Source of the DNA: a virus
Lineage: Duplodnaviria; Caudoviricetes
IMG/VR virus record: IMGVR_UViG_3300042860_000924
Location: 1 to 55,595 of that record
Strand: one strand, 5' to 3'
DNA: 55,595 nt
Under the pieces are notes generated by a model, which made no database searches, was not told the origin of the DNA, and was given only the letters and a program-made list of their open reading frames with translations. How positions within the stretch are numbered: position 1 is the first letter of the stretch; every line of letters begins with the position of its first letter. The position numbers and the translations under genes are program-made. Positions 12,001 to 17,586 of this stretch are shown piece after piece.

Positions 12001-12343
12001 GTAATGAAGCAGCTGTTACTAAATCATTATTCTCAGAAGCCTTCTGCATACGATCCTGTAAATCATAAATCTCCTCCATCTGCTTCATCTTGTTGTAGTT
12101 AAGATTACGCAGTTGAGTTTTTGATGATCCAGTATTTATACTAGCCATAGCATTTAAGAATGTATTGAGAGTATTATCCTGTGACCAGCTATCTTGAATT
12201 AAACCTGGGTCTGTAGTAAATCCTTCAGGTGAAGGTCCTGAATAATACGGTACATTGTTAGTTGCTTGCATTGCATCAAGTGTATTATTTACACCTGTCT
12301 GCGTTTGTCCTGTTAATAAGTATTTTAATACTTCTGGTCTCAT
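2..12343 (-). CDS. Giant virion/ejection polyprotein, >4,114 aa, truncated by the window edge; SF1 helicase + zincin + probable virion RNA polymerase
   Basis: ATG at 12343 overlaps the TGA of the upstream ORF (ATGA) and begins MRPEVLKYLLTGQ. The same frame is open in every segment I translated and at the window edge (...APAWWKQYMKAKGSEVD). Its absence from the ORF track implies no in-window stop. Motifs: GYAGSGKT (8663-8686), IIIDEAG, GDPTQL, YVATSRAK (~7865-7888), HEAFH (4400-4414), and KRASGGISPG / TDAQMYYLP (~1140-1350), which resemble crAss-like RNAP beta-like segments. It lies after the muzzle and cargo genes, as crAss vRNAP genes do. Confidence 0.85.
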   Translation of the reverse strand, partial: MRPEVLKYLLTGQTQTGVNNTLDAMQATNNVPYYSGPSPEGFTTDPGLIQDSWSQDNTLNTFLNAMASINTGSSKTQLRNLNYNKMKQMEEIYDLQDRMQKASENNDLVTAASLQDELSRAKQKAQEFDQETATKTMELEEDIKYGSGLTGLIAGGEEDIARRNKDIDLEFKLLSDMFQRDANTSAFNAFKYEFGKDFGSSFGTLGATVAAAFTPKLIKAAIARLVTAEAAGSMAPGIGNAVAAGATLAVLAGDLAVQWKARVQETEAEENDAYEEAVSLLTQDYMLKNNIQDMAELEDPKHQRELNKLSMKAHEELEGLRTKNMGLMFGDVLQSILAVTPFTKVGNIALGTNRWMRTGLKIGALTLNTNMEMNEEGSQWLFTRQYLDKVLGKDTTGLKDTTNYKDDSFLGLLSQASQLASDRFEVEKAIFGNGNSSLYTNSEFISAVNAGALAAGPMMTLPQAASIISDHYGYAKAKSYLGRAAKEQANGEYLRFKYDTYAKYIDNDKEDYFIDSIRSLSKIEGSNITPADAEKEVLRFKKAKAEFNKIDDTQYIFNLIEKYDFRGISKDDRKRAIKNSLMIGEYTEQIADLFSLKNDEINPYRAIIDEPTDNEARTKLLSKRKKLFDSLLDPEKAKNLNLNEIYDDLDIPIILKERAIARLLKENERIASGEFSKETRENNKLARLGTEAQKSGLSYKYGDQYVKNSNMVGMDNSVKGEKEYIEFLEDLEETSLLRDTDKRSNVQRMLDLEVLPQEILAYAEQVKAPITKEQNDEIVKRIGLKASEVFNKASEVEDSLGDKNKITTIDELNDLMDSAYIEDPDYYQKLKALREEYTDALKLQDRLQEANLIREPKGISTSKVDKEITFVWDRFLKEMVGEVDKANTDSDYLDDSVIAALEKKLKWLKEVLIEEKQLYTNPDKKISVELKNAIEQLEQDLANARKAIRARLADKELAQEESYTIATTNTLIPMGITYTPSTDKDAVVKFNLPLTDAIKDALKIFIDSVLVQDATGKYYLHHSYAIAMNEFVYSSMTDPNDPVKYWNQLIDFRNAKIDDLYLYCKTKFEDLNLYGTPFHLDKALLAKDPETFLTQYLLSVYRSTFLDISHPISQYINTKDITIINKASDDSLINPEDGTESTQQIADLRNLFYMLNVVKNIPGNYNNPAVNTKDMLLSEVNLFSTITEYIPTKQQLVTLRELVNWYKGNPLTGPVAVVLGYAGSGKTQVVTKLLLKLLNIDSTKIVSLAPTKSSNKNLAIALGKSDPNDANPLETFLNTDSQVLADSPIIIIDEAGLLSDEQLDKINRKILEAQAINPAVKVVMMGDPTQLSTLTIPPFIAQPIGEYPSKEFMSPLTITYRTDDIDIIRTQKEYRNKVSVVDKVTTALTSDKANGSFGVNSKVDLYNMLIANRGKGRHQLVIVNSAKEVQEVTKELADLGVTNVDVLEIHEAQSHTVDEVYVMLTPTGKLAPRHDGTVAMFNKAMYVATSRAKNLVVIHSPTTKFTNDNKTLIAAEQRKAPTKDEISNFVGELQKQYDNISNSNLNANLKAAVVKPAANDPAQTNSANPTNPKPADPDNEGIVADDDMDQDNDTVDLAREELNKPEDFPIENTQEPQVIINTHNLKYPQYFSIKDKDKKITTGSQVQYVKYWDKANNRAGLAIIAQGADGSWYLIGVIGKDDINEIGKYKLPKEVVDAITSPEFQTRDADDIEWSEFKGKEGKLTTDLGDKNPPLLVGQIGNATPKFFKWGPLKDFREFLDTMYVKIMSTYYSDSGNLESFNPIDDKYNWELKIYNNAEIIKQGLNPRVVRPGVPYQVIKITHKSGKEEVLYVPLTTRRLNLNLDSSVNELRGFLNNIKDIHKILSVLDGDTKIRWGGLKVVPGYDYVNKSTGKTIGRTQAEIFSKLLNPKSEISKKVIEELTRKGVDIATYNNLIKSIRTGLFNPLALHEYGYDPNNAVINDEGTDEDFMSKYFITGDKGSRRAVEGPVKLGENSYTAHPTLKGFYLIEKGNKGLKVWRKVYNFKGLHIKIDIPVDKDLATGKERMPVYEIHSQEFIDQNGGKRNYKRILDGGTKVESGIIHNMDIDPSQYVEELVIDGLINERGNHGPAAKAFDSIARANSSVFIGDKRIYLRQTKQEYKDGVATGHKYFSGLNLLYNPGNGTKAHYIHSHRPTKGEPSAVTVVEELDPITEEVLDALVGDNAFDNNGDSMVNSGFGLRLPMHTKTVNRFPTETEQGYKQRIQDDLIDDFETSLMGIEPTSITINNVKPPIKETQPIESKKADIERRRQEELIKEVRGYDYEIKYRPDVAARYDKALQNWIDIADITIEGRKKGLYSNPEANKGYVDSREENIEAKRKYLEINAKYDAELAALEGGVSTDAKADIEKRRQEISSFFNKNDYTTEVTLENDEYTLKVYDKKSTFSNVPIFKFQGNIIDIDGKKYINVYEVSTKKEYQNKKIATNSYKYILENLPSGVKGLYSFSEMRKGVMVPNIYKTLSKDYTVTTDSKGNILVNYDAELAALEQSIPNDVAHVPQDPRPANDFAADGNDIDLSWDDDTDSFDWTVRDTTTPTNWVTPSLVRQAASEIFGKDFASDPDKLLFLSKAEMIRRFGKDVWGRYEKGVIYLMTNAQGEASIDVLRHEAFHRVTHAYFNAEQRKEIYKLAIQANPLLKDKTNRDIEEWLADSFMSYLRQPNFVSRLLHSFFRKIKSIFNIQLSAQDKIESFFDRIQKGNFTYETANEAVEGTGLNKLLIHAWFGTPERQYKDSADNYNLAQVAILKSLASKISPDSPRNDQSNGIAMSIRTGANGKVYYNGATMTPEDAKFAVYADLKDQFNNLKDKAPIWLKILVGGITEKEVKRANMIYNNVYDYLVQSTDSINLDNSDETFGDDPSLKDEIEESWRINYESQLLASVKNLMSALFIKQYDAEGNVLLKEYIPRRTVFYISLKLLKGIENFDMNAIQAMSLNATKLGWKDDSGDPKVGRVYDFLVDIIRRAENDKYTSEVTTEVKNGVSRLRYKKAFLPSNLKITQRGFKDGGLYYNNNLVVGTIKGVDYKFTRRDANGVKDANANNYIKRLVAMTLALDEPLLFDIQGQLVPSNKFTEQQLANMYATLLAREEARNLSAGIQAGISSLVERHPYMGLTDVILEEAEDPNSREKPIVTLKTRYIPNSVLGGEQAVKLSIEDGILSVLRDDPQGAIIRQAQSLLELVNKSTDVKANKISTNRETVSKVFNMLGLGKFKIFNLTPIQNEIIINALNGILNNIIGFVDKKESLEAIEDALANDNNNRIKEIMDTLAISQGFGENSRYLDSKNRSSYKFVKGSFLTRMFEKFRRNLDETGETGFKRPDHIDPESIGYKLYYKYNPFLRSKGRVIRELITQEALKQRYKNNVMFEDADTATPYKNEGISGWVVRTLVFGFYSTMLKSDKNPTYIQSPYTPSNKPQNMSFRIPASNIKTMREDIKSAILQQVERYRWYETLAKDHNIFIKGIPLKVQVLENGTYKYVWTGKLKGGFTYLADNKVLDQESLERVVDKVIDDLDTRAYKFYERIVNNNALVAKLKRGLGDKNYIEPYEAKSFISYLERVGLLDDAKIDSLTKIFNKNYKYNASSKYSPEIDREYNLNLYIIIAEAFKQNYVNGHFLNQFQMSDRSLYANPTTQVKRASGGISPGDSPKVDTSKSGNGMVDNFNIIVASDQHAVFNIYTDVAKAYNGLYGLQIDKTDAQMYYLPKWKEELEKGYGYEYGIKGVLKPVLYFIDKYGVTRFSKNSGIELSDSLCARFPELADLRKDMEDNNIMEFHHSSAFKVGAPARLLKNGESISDHIATTTRQNGNGIINVPSKYYSIQSNPASSEGDVTNFSQLTYFLNVNKLNTEATKMVYDIDALIMRTNFNAYLRKLGKYVGNKFEINEDKVRNVLAEAVSGMAGYERFEEFIRAKDGRGNYLISLNFPALRNRVEISLMSGAANNSVKSIVGSGNKLVLQADRGVSVFRIGGQVKLFNDLTESEKKSFDAFKLLPYHVKEVLKLKVNSYYLNNNSYTHWESHKDMTMEYTALSDSEKELIDTLNTDRMLIPTRLNMVSDNSTMDGRIAEVIAPAWWKQYMKAKGSEVD
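4766..5497 (-). repeat. Two pairs of in-frame direct repeats bounding two cassettes in the giant ORF
   Basis: 29-nt repeat at 5469-5497 and 5166-5194 (28/29 identical; KADIE(R/K)RRQE). 27-nt repeat at 5216-5242 and 4766-4792 (26/27 identical; YDAELAALE). Confidence 0.95.
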
Positions 12344-12912
12344 TTATTGAATGTGTTTGCGAATTGTGTTAGGTAATCTAATACAGTAGAGTTCTTATAA
12401 ACTTTACCATACCGTTTTAAATAAGCTTGATTTAAAGCTTGTTGTGCTGTACTATGTGCTTCAATGTCTCCTAAGTTATTACGCTTAGCGCTTTGATAAG
12501 CTTGTAGGTATAAGTTAGTATCAGGTAATCCTAAGAAGTGTTCCATAGCCATATAGACTTCATCACTAGCTCCAGGAAACTTAGATTTTAATGTTGGTAC
12601 ATTCTTACTATATGAATCGAATAAGTAATCCATATATTGTTCCTGAGCTACATTATTTTTCAAATAATCTTCCTCCTTCTTTACACCAGTTATTTTAGCT
12701 ATAGCATCAGAATGCGCTTTCCATAATACTTGGTATTTTCCACGAGCACTACTGTTAGGATTAACTGCAGCATAGTTATTATTAGTTCCTTCTGGAACTG
12801 TTAGGGCAGACTTGAACTTATCTCTTATCGTATTCCCCCCAGTGGATTGCCCTGCTGTCCCTGAGGTTGAGTGGGGTTTCCAGATATACCATCTACAATT
12901 TCTGCAGGCCAT
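12340..12912 (-). CDS. Lysozyme-like/lytic transglycosylase domain (virion-associated muramidase); start uncertain, possibly a frameshift extension of 12825..15113
   Basis: PEGTNNNYAAVNPNSSARGKYQ...AQEQYMDY...HFLG fits the lysozyme-like fold pattern (E...NY.A.N..S.A.GKYQ). The listed N-terminus (MACRNCRWYIW) lies inside the previous gene and looks non-native. Confidence 0.65.
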   Translation of the reverse strand: MACRNCRWYIWKPHSTSGTAGQSTGGNTIRDKFKSALTVPEGTNNNYAAVNPNSSARGKYQVLWKAHSDAIAKITGVKKEEDYLKNNVAQEQYMDYLFDSYSKNVPTLKSKFPGASDEVYMAMEHFLGLPDTNLYLQAYQSAKRNNLGDIEAHSTAQQALNQAYLKRYGKVYKNSTVLDYLTQFANTFNK

Positions 12913-15113
12913 CCAGAGGCTATACCCTCACGTATTAATATATTCAATCTAGCAAGTCCTTTGTAATCATTAGACTCTTTGTATTGCTTTAACAAAGGTA
13001 ACAATACATTAGATACTGCTTTAGGAGTACGCTTGTTATTCAATACATTCTGCATAGTTAAACTAATTGCTGTAGCAGCACCTTTAGTTTTAGCTATGTT
13101 GTCAGCTACCCTAGTCTCATTTAACTGCATAAGTACTTCTGGGTATTGACTATTCCAAGCATCCTGATTAGCATCATATGTAGAACCAACACCAGCAGCT
13201 TGCCTATTAAAGCTTTGAGCTTTTATAGGAGTATTAATCTGTTCAGGTAAATAGTATTGTAAACTAAATGAACTACCACCCCTAGTTCCAGGATTAACTT
13301 TCATTATCTTACTACCTATATCTTCCCAGAATTCTCCAAAGGAACCGTAAGTACCACTATCTAATGGTGACATATCAAACATATCTGGAGCTACTCTTTC
13401 CATGTAGTTTACAAAGTTTTCTTCTGCAGATAATACTTCTTTACCATCATCTGTAACTGTTGGTCCGAATGTAATATAACCCTTAATGAATCTCTTATCA
13501 TCTACACTAACTACATTCTTTTCTCCTGTAGCTACTCTAAATGGAGCTTCACCAGAATTCATTATCTTATAACCCATCTTGCTTCTAACTTCCTGAATCA
13601 TTTCTTCTTCAGTCATCTTAGCAGATTTATCTAATTGAGCTTTTAATAACTTATTATTTAAAGCTACAACATCACTAGGCTTAGTAATAACTTCACCCAT
13701 CTCTAATGCAGCATTTTGTATAGCTAACCATTCAGGCGATGATGTATCAAGATTAGCTACACTAGCAGCTAACTCATCTGTAGCAGCTTTATATTCCTTA
13801 GTCATGTTTACATAGAATTCTGTAAAGTTTTTATCAGTCATACCAGAAGGTAAGTCTAATATAGAACTAAAGAAGTTACGCTTCTCTACACTATAGTTAT
13901 TATCATCGAATAAGTGGAATGCTCTATTTTGTATTCTAGCTTGTTTAAGTTTCTCACTTAAAGTATACATAGTTTTTATAGGGGCACTTAAACCAAGCTT
14001 AGCCATATTCTCTTCTTGTACAGTATTGTAATTAGCTTCTTTAACTTCTTGCTCATTAGTTAATCCCCTATTACCAAATTGTGTTATACCTTGATCTGTA
14101 GCATCAACAATTACTGTACCATTAGCTTGTAATTGTAACCCATTGAATGCAGCAAAGTCTTTAGGAGTAACTTGGTCAGAAGCAACATAAGCATTAACAG
14201 GAGCTTGCATTTGTGGTTTATCAGTTTTACCATCACTAGAACTAGCTAATCCTTTAGCTATGTTAACCTTACTATTTATTTGCTCAGCACCTGTAAGCAT
14301 AATCATAGCTTTAGCTTGTTCGTAGGGAGTTAACTCATACATAGCTTTACCATCAAAGTAAGTCTTACCACCTAATTGCGATAGTACATCATCAGGTACA
14401 GTACCTAATAGTTCCCTATCACCACTGATAAAATCATTAAAGTTTTCAGACTGCATATAGTTTACAGCACCAGTATTAGCTTTCTCTTCTAAGTCAGCTA
14501 TAGTCTTACCGAACTCTGTAGTGAATGCTCCAGTTGTTGGGTCTATCATAGCTTGTGGATTAATAGCGCTACCAACCCATTTGTTTAATAACTTACCTTC
14601 TATATGTGTACCCCAGTTTTGAGTAAACTTATAATTCATATTAGCTTCCCAAGGATCTTGACTACGTGAGTCTACATCTTGTGGATTAAATTGTAACCAA
14701 GGTAACAACTTATTATCAGCCCTGAAGTCAGGGTCCATCATCTTAGATGCTAAAGCTGTATTGTTAGCTTTGTATAAATCAGCTAAGCTAGTCATACGAT
14801 CTAACAGAGGTTTACTCTCTGATACAAAGTTATTTATAGCCATAGAGTATTTAGTAGGATTCATATCAGGATCAGTAATTAACTGATTCTGTAACTCCTT
14901 ATACTTAGATCTAATAGCTGGTAAATTACCTAACTCATCTTGACTTTGAGGTACAGTTCTAACATTCTTAAATATGTCAGATACTTCCTGATCTGATTCT
15001 GCCCTAGCTTTATCCCAACGTTGTTGTGTCATATCAGCTGCTTTTAATATCAGCTCATATGGTAATACACCTGGGTTCCATTCTGGTGCTTTATCGTATC
15101 TATTTATTCCCAT
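12825..15113 (-). CDS. Internal virion/ejection (cargo) protein
   Basis: 762 aa, largely helical, located between the muzzle/cargo genes and the giant RNAP gene, as in crAss-like phages. Confidence 0.6.
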   Translation of the reverse strand: MGINRYDKAPEWNPGVLPYELILKAADMTQQRWDKARAESDQEVSDIFKNVRTVPQSQDELGNLPAIRSKYKELQNQLITDPDMNPTKYSMAINNFVSESKPLLDRMTSLADLYKANNTALASKMMDPDFRADNKLLPWLQFNPQDVDSRSQDPWEANMNYKFTQNWGTHIEGKLLNKWVGSAINPQAMIDPTTGAFTTEFGKTIADLEEKANTGAVNYMQSENFNDFISGDRELLGTVPDDVLSQLGGKTYFDGKAMYELTPYEQAKAMIMLTGAEQINSKVNIAKGLASSSDGKTDKPQMQAPVNAYVASDQVTPKDFAAFNGLQLQANGTVIVDATDQGITQFGNRGLTNEQEVKEANYNTVQEENMAKLGLSAPIKTMYTLSEKLKQARIQNRAFHLFDDNNYSVEKRNFFSSILDLPSGMTDKNFTEFYVNMTKEYKAATDELAASVANLDTSSPEWLAIQNAALEMGEVITKPSDVVALNNKLLKAQLDKSAKMTEEEMIQEVRSKMGYKIMNSGEAPFRVATGEKNVVSVDDKRFIKGYITFGPTVTDDGKEVLSAEENFVNYMERVAPDMFDMSPLDSGTYGSFGEFWEDIGSKIMKVNPGTRGGSSFSLQYYLPEQINTPIKAQSFNRQAAGVGSTYDANQDAWNSQYPEVLMQLNETRVADNIAKTKGAATAISLTMQNVLNNKRTPKAVSNVLLPLLKQYKESNDYKGLARLNILIREGIASGWPAEIVDGISGNPTQPQGQQGNPLGGIR

Positions 15114-15122
15114 ATCTTCTTC

Positions 15123-17585
15123 TTATTTTGAATAACCATTCTTCTTCAACCATGCCTGAAACTGTGGGTTATCACCCATCATTGGTAAGGCTTCAAAGAA
15201 AGCATTATCATATCTCTTTTGATTACCATACTTACTAAAGTCATTAATACCTTCCATAAGCATGTTACGTTTAGCAGACTTATTCATATCATTCATATCT
15301 CTAATCTTTAATCCTGTTTGAGAATTAAATATTCTAGACTGTTGATTAAACTGATCTGTGTTCATTATAGATGTAGCATTAGCTCTATCTGTTTCTTGTC
15401 TAGCTCCCCACTTCTGTTTCATTGAGTTAACTGTCATGTTAACCATCGAAGCTGGTGAAGAGTTGATTCTACGAAGTGAAGCTAACCCAGCATTAGTAGC
15501 ATCGTTAATCATCATCTGACTAGCCTTATCATCTATTAAGCTAGGCTTTAAGTTAGTAGGTACAGTATAGTCAGAGGCATTTATATTCTCTACCCTATCA
15601 AACAACCCTCTACCAACCTTAGCTGCAGGACTAAGTAACCCTAAGATCTCTGGAGCTTTAGAAGCTAAAGAACTCCACTTAAATCCATTACCACCACCTG
15701 TACCCTTAGCCATATCAGCTTGCATTTGATCTGGTGATAATATACTAGTCCAATTTTTTAATGAGGTACTAGCCCAACCATCTTCAGCCATAGGTATACC
15801 TGATTTTCTCTCCTTAGCTTTCTGCTTAGATATCAAAGACATAATCATCATTTGACGATCTCTCCTATTAGAGTTTTTGAAATCAACTGATTTCTTTTTA
15901 GGTATAATAGCATCACCTTCATTTACAGTAACTGTACTTGATGGGTCCATACCGTTAGTTGGGTGTGGATTAAATGGTGCGTAATTCTGTAATACATTAC
16001 CTAAGAGATCAACTCTAAGTTCTCCCTTCTTCATGTCTTGTATGGTTCCAATTTGTTTCCTAGAACCTTCTATATTAATTTGTGTTTTCATTGCTTGTCC
16101 ACCATGTTTAAATGTGTTTGGGTTAACATTTCCCTCAAGAGCAGATCTACCAGCGCTATATGCAGCACCAGCTAATGGTCCACCTACAGCACTAAGAACT
16201 AGCGGGGCTACTATCTCAGATACTTTACTACTTAATTGTGCTGCCTTATTAAATTGATTAGCACCAAGTTTAGTTGAGTATGTATCAGAATTTATTACAT
16301 TGTCTAAACCAACCACAGCTAAAGCAGTATCTGCCAGACCTAAACCAGTGTCAGCTAAATAATTACCAAAACCTGTTTTATAATTTTTTGAACTATTTCT
16401 TTCTCTTGATGCTCTTGCACCCATACTAGCTAAAGAGTTAGCTCTAGCATCTCTAGTAGTTGAGTAGTCAACTAAACCACCAAAGTCATATTTTTTAGGA
16501 TAAATAGACTGAGTGTTAAGTCTATTCAAGAACTGGCGATCTAATCCCTCATTTTCTATAAACTGATAATTTGTAGGTCCTGCACTATTTCTTAAATAAG
16601 AAGATCTACGTGCATATATTTCTTTTTGTAATCTAGCTTTTATATTATCCAAATTATTAACATCTAAATCTTCCATAGTGCCATAATCAGATGTGCCTTG
16701 TTCAGTATTTTGAATACCTATAAGATTTCCTTTCTTATCATATATGCTTTCTACAGGATTAGCAAGCATGCTTTTTTCTTTAACAATTCCTCCACCACCA
16801 TACTTATTAATTGTAGCCCTATTCTTTACACCATCATTAAATCTATAACCCATCTTACGTAATTGTTCTGGGCTATAGTTCTGACCTGTTTGTGGAGCAT
16901 CTACCCATTCACCACGACTATCTAAGTATAATGGTAGTAACATACCTTTAGTACTCTTAGGAGTAGTCCCAATAGGTTCAGCACTAACATTAGTATTAGG
17001 CATACCACGCATAGGCATTTTTTTCATAGTTGGTGTAGTTGGGTGTTTAGGTGTAGATGGTTCTGGATCGTAAAATACTCCACCTGGTTGATGTCTAAAA
17101 TCATTACCACTACCTAACACAGCATCACCCATTATATTAGTATTACCTGTTTCAGGTTTTCTGTATACTACTGGTTGTACTGGTTTTGCATTGGAATAAT
17201 CTTGTATTTTAGCGACACTCTCATCAAAAACTATATTATCTTTTAAATAATTTATATAACCGCTGGGGTTTATATTAGGATCTACAAGTTGATTTAAATC
17301 CCCAGTACGAAATTGTTCTTTAGCTTTTTTTCTTTCAGCTTCTTTTTTTATACAAGCATAACAAATACTACCATCAGGATTTCTAGGATAGTCTTCTTTA
17401 TTTTTAATAAAATCATTAGATGAATATTTTTTATCTAATAAATTTTTTATTTTTACAAAATCGTTATACACATTTAAACTATCCTGATAAGCTTTAAGTC
17501 TAGGATCATTAGGGTCACTAGTATATATAGGTTCTACTGGTTTTGAAGTGTCACCACTGACACGCGCTCTATTTGTTCTTGGCAT
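15123..17585 (-). CDS. Modular cargo/ejection protein with predicted membrane helices
   Basis: 820 aa directly after the muzzle gene. Gly/Ala-rich hydrophobic stretches (IVAPLVLSAVGGPLAGAAYSAG) and repeated short motifs ending in GG or DG. Confidence 0.6.
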   Translation of the reverse strand: MPRTNRARVSGDTSKPVEPIYTSDPNDPRLKAYQDSLNVYNDFVKIKNLLDKKYSSNDFIKNKEDYPRNPDGSICYACIKKEAERKKAKEQFRTGDLNQLVDPNINPSGYINYLKDNIVFDESVAKIQDYSNAKPVQPVVYRKPETGNTNIMGDAVLGSGNDFRHQPGGVFYDPEPSTPKHPTTPTMKKMPMRGMPNTNVSAEPIGTTPKSTKGMLLPLYLDSRGEWVDAPQTGQNYSPEQLRKMGYRFNDGVKNRATINKYGGGGIVKEKSMLANPVESIYDKKGNLIGIQNTEQGTSDYGTMEDLDVNNLDNIKARLQKEIYARRSSYLRNSAGPTNYQFIENEGLDRQFLNRLNTQSIYPKKYDFGGLVDYSTTRDARANSLASMGARASRERNSSKNYKTGFGNYLADTGLGLADTALAVVGLDNVINSDTYSTKLGANQFNKAAQLSSKVSEIVAPLVLSAVGGPLAGAAYSAGRSALEGNVNPNTFKHGGQAMKTQINIEGSRKQIGTIQDMKKGELRVDLLGNVLQNYAPFNPHPTNGMDPSSTVTVNEGDAIIPKKKSVDFKNSNRRDRQMMIMSLISKQKAKERKSGIPMAEDGWASTSLKNWTSILSPDQMQADMAKGTGGGNGFKWSSLASKAPEILGLLSPAAKVGRGLFDRVENINASDYTVPTNLKPSLIDDKASQMMINDATNAGLASLRRINSSPASMVNMTVNSMKQKWGARQETDRANATSIMNTDQFNQQSRIFNSQTGLKIRDMNDMNKSAKRNMLMEGINDFSKYGNQKRYDNAFFEALPMMGDNPQFQAWLKKNGYSK

Positions 17586-17586
17586 A

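Noticed and set aside
1-12339. Apparent 12-kb gene desert, or stop-codon reassignment as in some crAss-like phages
   Set aside because: The gap is explained by one ORF with no stop inside the window. Long genes read through in the standard code, and both TAG (terL) and TGA end genes normally.
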